The position numbers and the translations under genes are program-made. The notes under the pieces were generated by a model. That model saw only the letters and a program-made list of their open reading frames with translations, was not told the DNA's origin and did no database searches. DNA of 64,000 bases from Ginglymostoma cirratum (taxonomy: Eukaryota): contig JAHRHZ010000065.1 in the NCBI GenBank assembly GCA_024137785.1, positions 27,121,700 through 27,185,699 of the forward strand, read 5' to 3'. Every line of letters starts with the position of its first letter. Position 1 is the first letter of the stretch. Of this stretch, positions 1-12,900 are shown piece by piece.

Positions 1-44
1 CTTGTTATCTCGGATTCTCCAGCATCTGCAGTACCTATTATCTC
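1..44 (+). mobile_element. 3' end of a Penelope-like pLTR repeat (cut by the window edge)
   Basis: cttgttatctcggattctccagcatctgcagtacctattatctc is nearly identical to the 3' end of the copy at 34224-34350. Confidence 0.8.
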
Positions 45-1029
45 ACATTTCTGCTTCTACCCTGATTAATCCTATGTCAGGAAGAACCATGGATGAAATT
101 GAAAAACAGGGTTACAAGGTTTAGCTCTTAGTATGAAGGAGCACAAAGGATAAGTGGGCAGCGAAAGCAATTGCAACTTTTCATTTAGAGTGTGCAGGGA
201 AATAGAATCAACAGTAAAGAAACCCTCCACATTGCCTCCTATGTTTTTGCCACTTGCCACTGCCAGAGGTCTCTCCTTGACGTGATGATAAGCATGTTTT
301 CTTCCACAAATGCAGACAGCTTAGCCTCCTTAGGTTTCAGCTTCCTGGTACAAGTTTTGTACTGTTTTTTTCCTGCAAAACCAAATTTATCACAATCCAT
401 AATACTGGCCATCATTGTGAAATCATTGAAGATCTGCAATGAAACAAGGCCACCAGTAAGGTGTATAGTTAGAACATAATAATTTAATAAACAACTAAGA
501 ACACTACACTTTAGCTCTCAAGACATTGCTATTACTGGAGTATTAATTCCAGTTTTTGACTTTGTATGTCACAAGCAATGTGCTGAGGAGATCCTGGAGA
601 AAAACTGAGGAAGGCTAAAAGACAGAATGCTATTGTGACCTACAAGGATAGAGCCCTTACCTCGGTTTGTTAAATAGCAGCGACAGTATCAGGTAAACCT
701 AGCTAGATCTAACAATCCATACATGCCAGAGATTTTTATCTGGGACGGCTTGTTGAGAAAGGATTCTTTAGGCACTTTTAAATTTTAATAAATATCTGAA
801 ACCAAGGTGGGTAGATAGCGTTAGGATACAGAACAGCCACAACCTTATTTAATGGCATAAGAAGATCAAGGAACTGAATGCCCCATTCCTGTTCCTATAT
901 GGGTTCTCCCACATAAAACTTTTGGCTTCTTCCTGTTCTTCTCTTGTTTTCTCCTTGTTTCTTGTATTATGTTTCATGAGCTAGTTGATAGGCCTCAGTC
1001 GATCTATATTTTACACAACAAGACACCAA

Positions 1030-2510
1030 TATATGAATTAGGAACAGGAGTAGGCCATTCAACCCCTTGAGCCTGCCCTGTCATAGAATAAGATCACGAT
1101 ATGATTGTAGCATCAACTCCACATTCCCAACTATCTCTTGTCAGTCAAGAATCTCAAAAGTATTCAATAAATCTGGCTGCAATGTTCTCTGGGGAAACAA
1201 GGCCCAAAGATAGTGAACCCTCTGAGAGAAAAAAAGACTTCACACCTTCACTGCTATAAATGGAATCTCTTTGTTTTTAAACTGTGCCCTCTAGTTCTAG
1301 ATTCTCCCACATGGGAAAATATCCTTTCAGCATCTACCCTGTCAACTCCATCTCAGCATCTCCTATTCTTCCAAACTTCAATGGATACAGGCCCAACCTG
1401 TCCAACCTTTCCTCACAAATTAATCAACTTATCTCAGGTATTACTTGAATGAAAGTTCTTTAAATTATCTCCAACACCTTATATCCTTCCTTAAGTATGG
1501 AACTAAAACTGTACGTACTACTGTACATCACCTCACCAATGCTCTATACAACTGCAGTAAAACATCCTTACTTTGATATTCTATCCTCCTTGCATAAATA
1601 ATAACATCCCATTTCGTCTCCTAATCACTTGCTACACCTGCACACTAACTTTATGTGGTGCAGGTATAAGGCCTCCACATCCCTCTGCCGTTATGCAATC
1701 TTTCTACATTTAAATAATATTCTGCTTTCCATTCTTCCGGCCAAAGTGGTCAAAATCACATTTACCCACATTGTACTTCACCTTCCAAATTATTGTTCAC
1801 TCAACTAACCCTTTTATGTAATCTGCAAAATTCTTATGATATCTTTGCTTCATCAACAAGTTTTGCAAACATATATTTAGCTCCTGCATTCAAGTCACTA
1901 ATGTAAATTGTGAATAGTTGAAATCCCAGTGCTGCCTCCTGTGGCACTCCACATCTTTCCTATTCAAAAATTGCCCAATTATGTCTACTCTTTTCCCTGT
2001 GTCTAATCAATCCTCAGTCCATGCTGTTATATTATCCCTTCCACCATGAGCTCTTATTTTGTACAGTAATCTTTGATCTGTCACCTTATCAAATCCCTTC
2101 TAGGAATCTGAGTGCAGTCCATCCACAAGTACCCTTTTGTCCAAATTACCCCTTTTGCTTTAACAAACAGATCCAACAAGTCAATCAATTATGATTTTCC
2201 TTCTGAAAAAGCACATTGACTCTGACTGTTTGCATTGCAATTTTCTAAATGCCCCACTATATCATCCTCGAGAAAAGATTCCAGCATTTTCTTTCTGACA
2301 GATGTCAAGCTAACTGACCTATAATTCTTACTTTGTCTCCTCCTTTGGTGAAATAGAGGCGTCATGTTTACTATTTTCCATCTGACAGGATCTTTCCAGA
2401 ATTTAGAGAATGTTGGAAAAGTAAGATAGGCCTCTACTTTTTCAGCAGTGACTTCTTTTAAAATCCTAGGATGAAATCCATGAGGACCTGGAGACTTGTC
2501 AGCTTTTACA
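1030..2510 (-). mobile_element. Decayed CR1-type LINE (ORF2/RT fragment plus 3' end)
   Basis: ORF 2189-2575 has KSPGPHGFHPRILKE...WKIVNMTPLF...NYRSVSLTSV; a degenerate GVPQG-like segment lies near 1930-1950; many stops. Confidence 0.85.
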
Positions 2511-2569
2511 TCTTGTAGTCTAGAGCTGAAGAGGTCAAAGGGCAAGTTTCCACAAGCATTCAGTCCCTC

Positions 2570-2946
2570 CACCACTAATGCTCAATAGCAGTAATGTGTA
2601 CTATCTACAAGTTGCACTGCAATTCATCAAAGATCCTCAGACAGCATCTTCCAAACCCACAACAACTTGTATCTAGAAGGACAAGAGCAGCAGATCTATG
2701 GGAACATCACCACCTTTAAGTTCCCCACCAAGCCACTCACAATCCTGACTTGAAAAAGTATCACCGTTCGTTCACTGTTGCTGGGTCAAGATCCTGGCAT
2801 TCCCTCCCTAATGGCACTGGGGCCAACTCACAGCAGGTGGACTGCAGTGGTTCAAGAAGGCAGCTCACCACCAGGGTAACTAGGGATGGGCAACAAATGA
2901 TGGGCCAGCCAGTGATGCTCATATGCCACAAAATGAGTAAAAAAAG
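2570..2946 (+). mobile_element. 3' end of a second LINE family (clade not assigned), A-rich tail
   Basis: Similar (reverse complement) to 6450-6700 and 28440-28760; ends in gagtaaaaaaa. Confidence 0.65.
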
Positions 2947-3549
2947 TTGATCTACCTCCCCATTCTGTGAGGTTAGGAAAGTCTCTCAACTTTGCTTCAA
3001 ACACTCTAAATCGATTATTTTTGACATAACAAAATATGAAATTATTTGTGCTGCAGATATTTAAGGGGGATATCTAATAACTTCACTGAATGAAAAGATG
3101 CATGCAGATGCAAAGGTTCATGGAGTTGATTAATCATAGAAAAGTCAAATTATTTTTAATAATTCTCTGTGCTTTATATCACTAATGTGCACAGGTCCAT
3201 TGATGAGAAGCTCTGTGGTCTACTTATATTACCATTATAAAAAAAAATTTAATTAGATGCACCATACCTATTATTAAAGTAAACAAAGTATTGGTCATTA
3301 AAACAGCCTGCTAACATACATCAGACCAAAGAATGTCAGCCTTTTGTTGCACATTAATAATTTATTTTTTAAAAACAGCAAAATATTCAGAACAATTTAT
3401 AAAGTATACAATGAATGGTGTGAAGAACAAATCCTACATCTTCCTACAAGCAATGTAAATTAATCATAATCTGGCTTGCAAAATATTAATTGTCAAAATG
3501 ATCTTTTTCTGTCTGAAGGCAACCAGCAATATAAAGGAATTGACTTTAA

Positions 3550-3900
3550 CCCTACCAGAAAGTATGGGAAAATCTCCAGCAGGACTGGCAGCATGGGTAG
3601 AGAGAAACAGAGCTAACTTTTCAAGTCCAGTATGAGTGTTCTTCTTCACTTCCGAAGAAGCGTCTTCTTTGGCTCAAACCATTAATCCTGCTTCTCTCTC
3701 CATAAATGCTAAGATTTTCCAGCATTTTCTGTTTTTATTTCAGATGTCCAACATCCACAATACTTTCCTTTTTAACAGCGTGACAATGTTGGAAATCTGA
3801 TATAGAGGAAAACACTAAAAACACCCAACAGGTTCAGCAGCATCTGTGGCGAGAGAAACAGAACAAACGTCTCAAGTTGATGACCTTTCATCAGAACTGA
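3550..3900. mobile_element. Older, diverged Penelope-like pLTR fragments (an inverted pair plus one further arm)
   Basis: Arms ~3555-3648 (-) and ~3650-3770 (+) are roughly complementary. Arm ~3785-3900 (-) reads ttCTGATGAaaggtcatcaacttGAGACgtt, a degenerate hammerhead core. Confidence 0.6.
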
Positions 3901-5214
3901 TGTGCTGGTTATTTGGATAGGATGTGGAGGTTTACCGTAATTTAAGAGATCTGCACACAAACACACATGGTGTATAAAAAAACTGCATCATTGTATAAGT
4001 TCAGCTTAAAAGATATTCTGTTTTAAGCATTAGAGTCCTGGGCATATTTAGGAACTAAGTATCTTTAAAAAGGACAGAGAAATTGGCAAAAAGTGAAATG
4101 TAGCAATGCTGAGAAAAAGCAATTATGGCAATAAAAAGAAAGGATTTCAATAAGGCCAATCTAGCAAGACAGACATTATAATTGGAATCATGAAATAGTA
4201 AAGGATGCACAAGACACTATCTAAGCCTACAGACTACAGACTTCCTGATGGCAGTGAGGCAATGAGGAGTTTATAAATACCAAAATCAGTAACATATGGT
4301 AAGAGGTGAAGTATGGTTATAACAGATGATTCAAATGCTCACAGACTTACAGCTGAATCTTTACAGCCCATTGGTGACACACTGGGCAGTGGAAGGGCTT
4401 CCAAAACAGTGGGGTGAGTTATTAAGAGAGGAATCCATTGTCTTTTGCCACCATGCCATATTGTCCATCGTGAGAAAGGTGGTGCCTCGCATGCCCATTG
4501 GGATGGCTGGGTAAAACCAGATGACCTCTCAACGGGTTCTAGTGGGGCTGACCTTTCTGGGCACTCCATGATCCATAGAATGGGCACCAGGCAGCAATGG
4601 CCACTGTTACAGGCTGGGGAGAGAAGGTAAAATAAAACTAACAATTCCCTTTCTTTACTACCTGTATCAATGTGATTTTGTTCTGAAAGGTAGATACATG
4701 TGTCTCTAAGTCCCCTTCAGCATGTAATCATTTCATGGGGTTAAATAAACAGTTTTGTATTCATATACACACTCCAAAAAATCTAAATGCTATGTCATTC
4801 ACACAATACACACTCAAAAAAAGAAATACAGTTAAGAGATGGAGCATGTTCAGAATTTGTAAACGAAAGAATGGTTTGTTCTTCATGGATTTAGCTTGTT
4901 GTAGAAAGGCAGATCACAGGAAGAATTTTCTTCCACACTTAAATTAAGTTTAAGTTGATGCAAATTGCTGGAGTTGAATATCAGGATTGTTGTAGGATTG
5001 CTTCAAAAAGATGAATATGCAGTGGGTGATGAAATTTAGCATTTGTCTCTTTCATTTCTGGAGGTCTAATTTCTGACAGGTGAACTTGGATTTAGCGATC
5101 AGGCTGCAGGTTTTAAAAATTTCCAGGTTCTCAAAAGGCAAATTTGGCACAGCCTTTTGCTGCAACTGTTATATCTTCTGGTGACCTCTACAGACTGAAC
5201 AGGTCTTTTAGAGA

Positions 5215-5941
5215 CATAGAATCGCTACAGTGTGGAAGCAGGCCATTTGGCCCTTCAAGTCCATCTGACCCTCCATAGAGCATTCCACCCAGGCACACAC
5301 CCCTGTACCCTATCCCTGTAACCTTGCCCTTCCCATGGCCAATCCACCTGGCCTGCACATCTTTGGACTTTGGGAAGAAACCAGAGCACGCAGAAGAAAC
5401 CCACACAAACATGGAGAGAATGTGCAAACTCCATATTATTTACATTAAAAAGACGGAGGTTGAGGGAGAACCTGATGGAGGTCTACAAAATTATGCCAGG
5501 TACAGACAGGGTGGATAGCAAGAAACTTTTTCCCACAGTGGGGGACTCAATTACTAGGGGTCACGATTTCAAGGTGAGAGGGGAAAAGTTTAAGGGAGAT
5601 ATGTGTGGAAAGTTCTTTGCGCAGAGGATGGTGGGTGCCTGGAACACATTACCAGCGGAGGTGGTAGAGGCGGGCACGATAGCGTCATTTAAGATGCATT
5701 TAGACAGATACATGAATGGGCAGGGAGCAGAGGGATACAGATCCTTGGAAAATAGGCAACAGGTTTACAGAGAGGATGTGGATCGGCGCAGGCTTGGACG
5801 GCCGAAGGACCTGTTCTTTTCTGTAATTTTCTTTGTTCTTTGTTCTTTGTTCCACACAGACAGTCACCTGAGGGTGCAATTGAACGTGGGTCCCTGACAT
5901 TATGAGGCAGCAGCGCTAGCCACTGAGGTATTGTGCCACCC
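5215..5941 (-). mobile_element. HE1-like tRNA-derived SINE, split by a LINE insertion at ~5433-5850
   Basis: Aligns with the copies at 27425, 32540 and 35823; tRNA-like A/B boxes lie near 5870-5935; the consensus caaactcca|cacagacagtc is interrupted. Confidence 0.85.
5433..5850 (+). mobile_element. 5'-truncated young CR1-type LINE 3' end with (TTCTTTG)n tail
   Basis: Encodes a CR1 ORF2 C-terminus (LKRRRLRENLMEVYKIM...FFAQRMVGAWNTLP...FKMHLDRYM); highly similar to 25593-25980. Confidence 0.9.
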
Positions 5942-6449
5942 CCTTTGTCATAAAAAAAATCAAAACTTGTTTTCTCCAGTCAGCTTCAGTCACATGACCA
6001 ATATGCATATTATATGACCAGAATAATCCAAAGACATCTCTAGACAATAGGAAGAAAATTGTGACCTTTCACACTTAATTTGAGGATAACTAGTCTCATC
6101 AGATATCTAGTTGCAAAATTAGACAATACAGGGTCCGTGGGTTCTTTAATCCAAGTTTTCAGAGTAACCACGGGTAAATGTGACCTCCACTGACATTTGC
6201 TGTTAAGTTAATCCATTCAAAGGGGAAGCCCAAACCTAATATCACAATTCAGAACTTGTCAGCATCTTAAGATAGTTTGTGTTGATGTTGCAATGCTCAG
6301 TTGACTCTTGGCAGCAGCCTTAGTCACCTTGTAAGCATCCATGTAAAAATATAAATGACAATTCCAGAAAATTCCATAGGAACTCAGTCCATGTTTGAAA
6401 TTATGAATAGGACATGCCTTCACTGGGCATTATGCCATACTGACGTACA

Positions 6450-6700
6450 CTCACAGTCCTGTTAAGAAAGAAGGTCCAGGAGTTTGACCCAGGAACAGCG
6501 AAGAAAGGGCAAAACAGTGCCAAGTCAGGATAGAATGTGTTTTGGAGGGCAAGCTGCAGGTGATGATGTTGCCATGTATCTGCTGCCCTTGTCCTTCTAT
6601 AACTATAAGTGGTAGAATATCTTCAGATTTTGGAAGATGTCGTCGACAGAGGCTTGGTAAGTAACTACAGTGCATCTTGCAGATAGTACTCAACATGAGA
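6450..6700 (-). mobile_element. LINE fragment (same family as 2570-2946)
   Basis: Reverse-complement similarity to 2600-2790. Confidence 0.6.
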
Positions 6701-9700
6701 AACAAACTTTCTTGAAATTGGTTAGAAGTGGTCAGGGCTGGTGCTGGATAAGCTCTGACTTTTCTTCAGTCCCTAGAGCAGCCTACAGTTAAGGTAAGCT
6801 TTGAAAAAAAAAACTACTAGTCTTCTTCCGCAGCCTCCAGCCTTCCCCTTAAGTAATCTGGGCTTTACAAAGAAAGCAATCAATGAGTTTTGTCACATCT
6901 TGGGACACTGTGTTTCTCTCCTGCTCTATTACTCACTATTGGCCAGTTCAAGTAACACACTTTCTTCTGAAAGAACTGCACATTTACAAGTTCATAGAAT
7001 TATAACATTCACTTCATAGACAATGACAGAGACAATAACTCTTTGTACATTTTTCTTACAAGCATAATTACTTGATGGAATTCCTGGGCCACCCAAAAGT
7101 TTCAAACTTTTGCTCCAGTATTATTCAGAGAAAGTCTGGCATTTACATTCATAAGGATTTAGGAAAAGGCTGTTATTTTCTCAAATTGTACTACATAACA
7201 CAAATATATAGATCCTTAACCCTTTCTTAAGCAATTGCTTCCTCAAGAACATTTAGTACAACCTTGACTTTGGAATGAACTGTAGAGTTACCGCAGAATA
7301 CCAAGTCAATGTTTCACTTCAAACTACTCACAGCAGGACTTTTTCATAAATTTACAACTACTGACTGTGAAAATTATTCCCCCATGTTCACCCTGGCAGT
7401 TCTTACACAGATTATTTTACTGTCAGTACACTTAATAGTTTCCATCTTGCAGTACTAAGATTACAATATTCATCATCGACTGGACACTGTGCAAAATGAA
7501 TATCTTTTCTTTTAATATCCTTGTAATTCAAGTATCTTTATGTTCTAAACAGAGAATATATAAAAGAACATTGATCTTTAATATATTTCATCTCTTGTTG
7601 AAAATGAATCAAGTCTGCCTTAAGTGTCAGCCCAGGAATTGGAGGATCGATTAATATCTGTACAGGTACAGGATCCAGCAAGAAGCAAGTAAATAATTAA
7701 ACACAATCTCATAATCCACATCCATGTGTGAATAACATAGCTTCACATTGAGACATTAAAAGGTCTGTTCAACAATTTTGTTAAAATTGTGCCTCTAATT
7801 TTTATTTAAAAATTTATGATATCCTAACTGGAGCTTCCATAATTATAGAAAGTCAGACAGCTCTGTAGGAAATTTTTAATATTAATATGCATAATTTCAA
7901 CTTTTTACACGATAGTTATGTGAATTAGACAAGATTTATTAGTAATCAGGAACCACCACAGTACAGTAGCTTCACATATGGAATGGCTTTGTTTTTAGAT
8001 TCCTCTTATTGTACAGTGAAACTGCTCAGTAGAACTGCAAGTCATTAGTAAACCAGTCCTGAGTGTACAAAACAGTTTTTACATCTACAGTGTCTGCTCA
8101 AAGAATGCCCTCATTTAAAGGTTATAGGGTTAGTAGAAATACTGCAGTCAACTTTTCCCCTCTCATCCTGACTTCGATCTGCAATGTTTGACAAAGTTAC
8201 ATTAACTATTATTGTACCATCGGAATTAGCTGTTAAACATAATCATATTAAAACATAGAGTCTGGTTGCCAGATGACAGTCTGTACTACCAGTTCTCTAC
8301 CTAGATTGTGATTAGTAAAGGATTTAAGGCAATTGATAAAACAATCAGGAATGACACGAAGAAAAGCTTTTATACACAACAAATGATTAGGATTTGCAAT
8401 CCACTGCTTGAAAGAAGTGGATGCAAATTGTATTGTACCCTTCAAAGGAGAGGATTAATACTTGAAAGAGGAAAAAATGGCATGAATATGGAGAAAGACT
8501 GCAGATTTGGCACTAATTGCATAAGAGCTAGACTGTACTGGGTGGACCAAATGAACCTTTTCTGTGCTATGATTCTAGAATCTGCAGAATCCCATATCTG
8601 CCTTGCATTGACAAAATTTACTTTTGGTTGGTCTCTTACAATTAGTTAAGAATTATAGTCACTTTACTCTGATGCTACTTAACCAGGAATATTATAAATA
8701 TATACACAAAGTATCAAAACTGGCAGTCTTAAGCATTCAACTTTAAAATATTTATGTTGTTCGCTGGGTTGTGGCCTGCTCTCTAAGCTTTTTAATTTTC
8801 TTTGTGCATTAGAGCTGGCATAATGCTAATTGGACATTATAGGATAATAATTTATGATTTGGCACAAAATATTCCCCATATTCCTACACAGCATAGACTG
8901 TGAAGCTGATTAACACACTGATCCAATGGAATTCATACATTGACTTTATTGTTCTCATTTAAAGTTGCCATGAAAACTGTGCTTGGCTAAAGGGAATTGA
9001 CAGGAAAGGAGATGTTTCTCAATGGAGAAGCCTCACAGTGATCTATTCAGCATTTGTGACGCATCACGTTTGTTGAGTTTTATTTAGAAGTTATAAGTGG
9101 AAATGAGCCATTCAGCCAAACAGCTGTTGGCGCAATACTTATGCTTAACTTCTTCAAAAGCAGTTATCTTAATCGATGTGTCTGTACTGTTTCCAGAAAT
9201 GTGGTGGTGCCAAACTTTGAGGTGCCAGAGCAGTCTAAAACTTTAAACTACAATGAAGTTAAACTTCCCTTAGGATGGTTGAAGATGCTGGAGCAGTGTA
9301 ACAGAGCACTCAACAGCAGTGTAACTCAGAGACTGTTTCCATATTCTCTTCATTCCCTTTTCAAAGGTTCACAAATCCAACCTATCCTTAAATTTTGGCT
9401 TGATCTTTATTTTAGTCATGGACTGTAGCAATATGTTCCACAGCCTCACAATTTTCTGTGCCACAAAAGCTACTCCTGCTCTCAGTCCTCAATCTCGTGC
9501 ATTTAATTTAATCTCTAAGCCTCACTGATGTGGATCTCCTGACCACCGAAAATAGTCAGCTTCTATCATTTGAAAAGAAGGAGGAACAACAACAGGAAGC
9601 TACAATGTTCCAGGAGATTCCAGTTCATGGAGAGGGACTTGCAGAACTTTCAACCACTGGTGCTGTATGATGCTTCCAATTGTTTATCAAATAACAGACT

Positions 9701-10407
9701 CCTGAAACCAGTAACACAGCAATATTCCAACACCACACTCAGTAAACAGAACCAGGTTTCAATCTCTATACTACTGATTCCTTCCATACATCAATAGAGA
9801 GGTCGGCCAACATGCAGTTTAGCAAAGCATCACTAAGTCTACTTTGAGTCTGGGAAATGCTAATCCTCCAGACATAAAACAGGGATGGGGGGAAAGGGTA
9901 TGGAGTAGTATTTATACTGTGCCCAGGCAAAAAATTGGTAATAAGGCAGCACAATGTCACAATGCGTCTCATCTTATTTTCCCGGGTTTATCCTTCACAA
10001 GTTCCAAGTGTGGGAGTGCCAGACAATGCTCTGATTTGGACCACCCAACCCTGTTAGAACAGGTACTCCGAAAATGGTACAGGTGAAGGACTTTTAGAGC
10101 TAACTATTTGAGAAATGTGTTCTTTCCACAGGACAGCAGGATGGAAACAGGAGATATAAGCCTTCAGTCCGCCATCTTGCATTTTCTCTCCTGCAGTTCG
10201 GCGCATGTCCCTCCCACAGGGGGAGTTCTCCTTATCAGCCACCTCAGATCTATTATAATCACCTGGAACAAGTAACATAGGCATCCAGAAGAGATGAAAA
10301 TAAGTCATGCACACTTGTGCCATGTGTCTATGCTCAGAACAACACTGTAGCATTTGCTGTGGCAGACATTGACTTTCTTTGAATAGAGGGAACTATTAAC
10401 TGCACTC

Positions 10408-11023
10408 GTTGTGGAGCTGGATGAACACAGCAGGCCAAGCAGCATCAGAGGAGCAGGAAAGTTGACGTTTCGGGTCGAGACCCTTCTTCAAAAANNNNNN
10501 NNNNNNNNNNNNNNNNNNNNNNNNNNNNNNNNNNNNNNNNNNNNNNNNNNNNNNNNNNNNNNNNNNNNNNNNNNNNNNNNNNNNNNNNNNNNNNNNNNNN
10601 NNNNNNNNNNNNNNNNNNNNNNNNNNNNNNNNNNNNNNNNNNNNNNNNNNNNNNNNNNNNNNNNNNNNNNNNNNNNNNNNNNNNNNNNNNNNNNNNNNNN
10701 NNNNNNNNNNNNNNNNNNNNNNNNNNNNNNNNNNNNNNNNNNNNNNNNNNNNNNNNNNNNNNNNNNNNNNNNNNNNNNNNNNNNNNNNNNNNNNNNNNNN
10801 NNNNNNNNNNNNNNNNNNNNNNNNNNNNNNNNNNNNNNNNNNNNNNNNNNNNNNNNNNNNNNNNNNNNNNNNNNNNNNNNNNNNNNNNNNNNNNTTTTTG
10901 AAGAAGGGTCTCGACCCGAAACGTCAACTTTCCTGCTCCTCTGATGCTGCTTGGCCTGCTGTGTTCATCCAGCTCCACAACGTTTTATCGCAGATTCTCC
11001 AGCATCGGCAGTTCCTACTATCT
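10408..11023. mobile_element. Penelope-like insertion: inverted pLTR arms around an assembly gap, 15-bp TSD
   Basis: The arm at 10408-10494 is the exact reverse complement of 10895-10981; the right arm has ~40 extra nt; ctattaactgcactc is repeated at 10393-10407 and 11024-11038. Confidence 0.8.
10495..10894. other. Assembly gap (400 N)
   Basis: Run of N. Confidence 1.
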
Positions 11024-12074
11024 CTATTAACTGCACTCATCACCTTTTTCTTAGTTGCAAATCTTGATTAAGCAATAAAGTCATGGATCAAAAGTCCAAT
11101 GACTGTTCAATGGTAGAACAGAATGCAATTTAACTTCTAGCAGAATCCTAATTGCAAGCTGGTTTTGGCGTACATGACAGAGCAAATATGGCCACGTAAC
11201 TTGAGAGTCTGATCTCAATCTGATTCCCAATTGTAGTGAAACCAAGTCATGTGAGTCTAAATGGACCACTGCACATTGTTCTTTAATGGAAGGAGAAAGC
11301 AGATGATGCTGTTTACACTCTGCGAACAGCAAGAAATTGCCGCAGGGGAAGCACAGCTTTGTACATGCAGGAAGAGTGATAATCACAGCCCACAGTATAA
11401 TTCTGGGGCCTCGGCCAGAAATTACTTCACTGCAAATGTAGGCCAGAGAATCATGGCTACCATGTTATAGCCTTTTCTTTGACCCATATTTCCTCCAGCA
11501 GTCACTTCTAGATGGAAAGCGTGGGATCACAGAACTAACTTGTGTAACTTCAGTTTTGTCGGCTGCACTTCACACCCGGCAGCTACCAATCTTAGACCAG
11601 TGGCATAGCACAGCGGCAATGTGAGCCAAGAGGAGATATTCATAACCAGTTAACAAGTTAAATCAGCATCTGGAGCTGTTCCAGCTAGCAGAAAGCTGAA
11701 AAGCATTTAGTTTATCATGCTGACTGTTAATTGGAGTGACTAAAGCTGCCAAGTTCAGTTTTTAACTTTCTGAACTAGAAATACTTTGTAACTCTCAAAG
11801 TAGTCACTTGTTTCCTGGCATGGATGGACAAAATTTAATTCACCAAAACTCCTTGATGCTGAAACTTTTCAGAAATTATGGTGTGGAATGTAATGTTTAT
11901 AATTTATCAGACTTTCCGCTATTTGTAAGCAGTGTTGGAAGCCTAAAAAACATGAATAACGTGTATTACTTCCATACTCACCTCTATAACTTCCTGTTAT
12001 TATTTTCATTCATCATTTCCCTGAGTTTTACATTGCTTCAAAAACATACTTACTGGCACCCAAGTTCAGTTCAG

Positions 12075-12900
12075 GAAGGGCCACCCAGTTTCTGAACTCT
12101 TTACAGCCTTGATCCAAACATGGACAAAAAAGCTGAACCTGAGCAGTGAAGTGAGAGTGACTACCCCTGACCGCAAGATGGTATTTGATTCAGTGTGATG
12201 TCAAAGAACCCTCGCAAAACTAAAATCAAAGGGAACAGGGGAAATCTCTCCGCCAGTTTGATTCATACCTATCACAAAGTAAGATGGTTTTGGAGGTTAA
12301 TTATCTTAGTTTCAGGACATCACGACAGGAGTTCCTCAGGGTAGTGTTCCAGATCCAACCACTTTCATCAATAATCTTCTTTCCATTATGAACAGAGAAG
12401 ACAAGGTGTCAGCTCATGATTGCACAATGCTCAGCACTGTATCTGATTTCTCAAATACTGAAGCAGTCCACATCCAAATGTAGCAAGGCCTGGACAAAAT
12501 CCAGCTGGGGTTGATAAGTGGTAAGAAACATTCACACCACACACACACACTAAGCAATGGCCATCTCCAACAAGGATTGCCACTGTCTCGCCTTACTATC
12601 CATCAGCATTACCATCACGGAATCCCCCAGAATCAACATTCTGAACATTACCATTGACCAGAAATGGAATTGGACTGGCCAAATAAATAATGTATCTATA
12701 AGAATAGGTCAGCCACTAGGAATTCTGAGATGATCAATTCACATCCTGATTCCTCAAAACCTGTTTGCCATCTAGAAGGTACAAGTCAGGTGTGTGATTG
12801 AATACTCTCCATTTGCACGGATGAGTGGATGGACGAGTACACAGAAGCTTGATACCAACCAGGAACAAGGCATGCCTCTTGATAGACACCTCACCCACTG
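12075..12900 (+). mobile_element. Decayed LINE RT region (second family)
   Basis: ggagttcctcagggtagtgtt = GVPQGSV near 12328; similar to the minus-strand 28760-29005 and 30570-30760. Confidence 0.7.

Noticed and set aside
10411-10978. Two identical 177-aa ORFs on opposite strands
   Set aside because: Artefact of the inverted arms read through the N gap.
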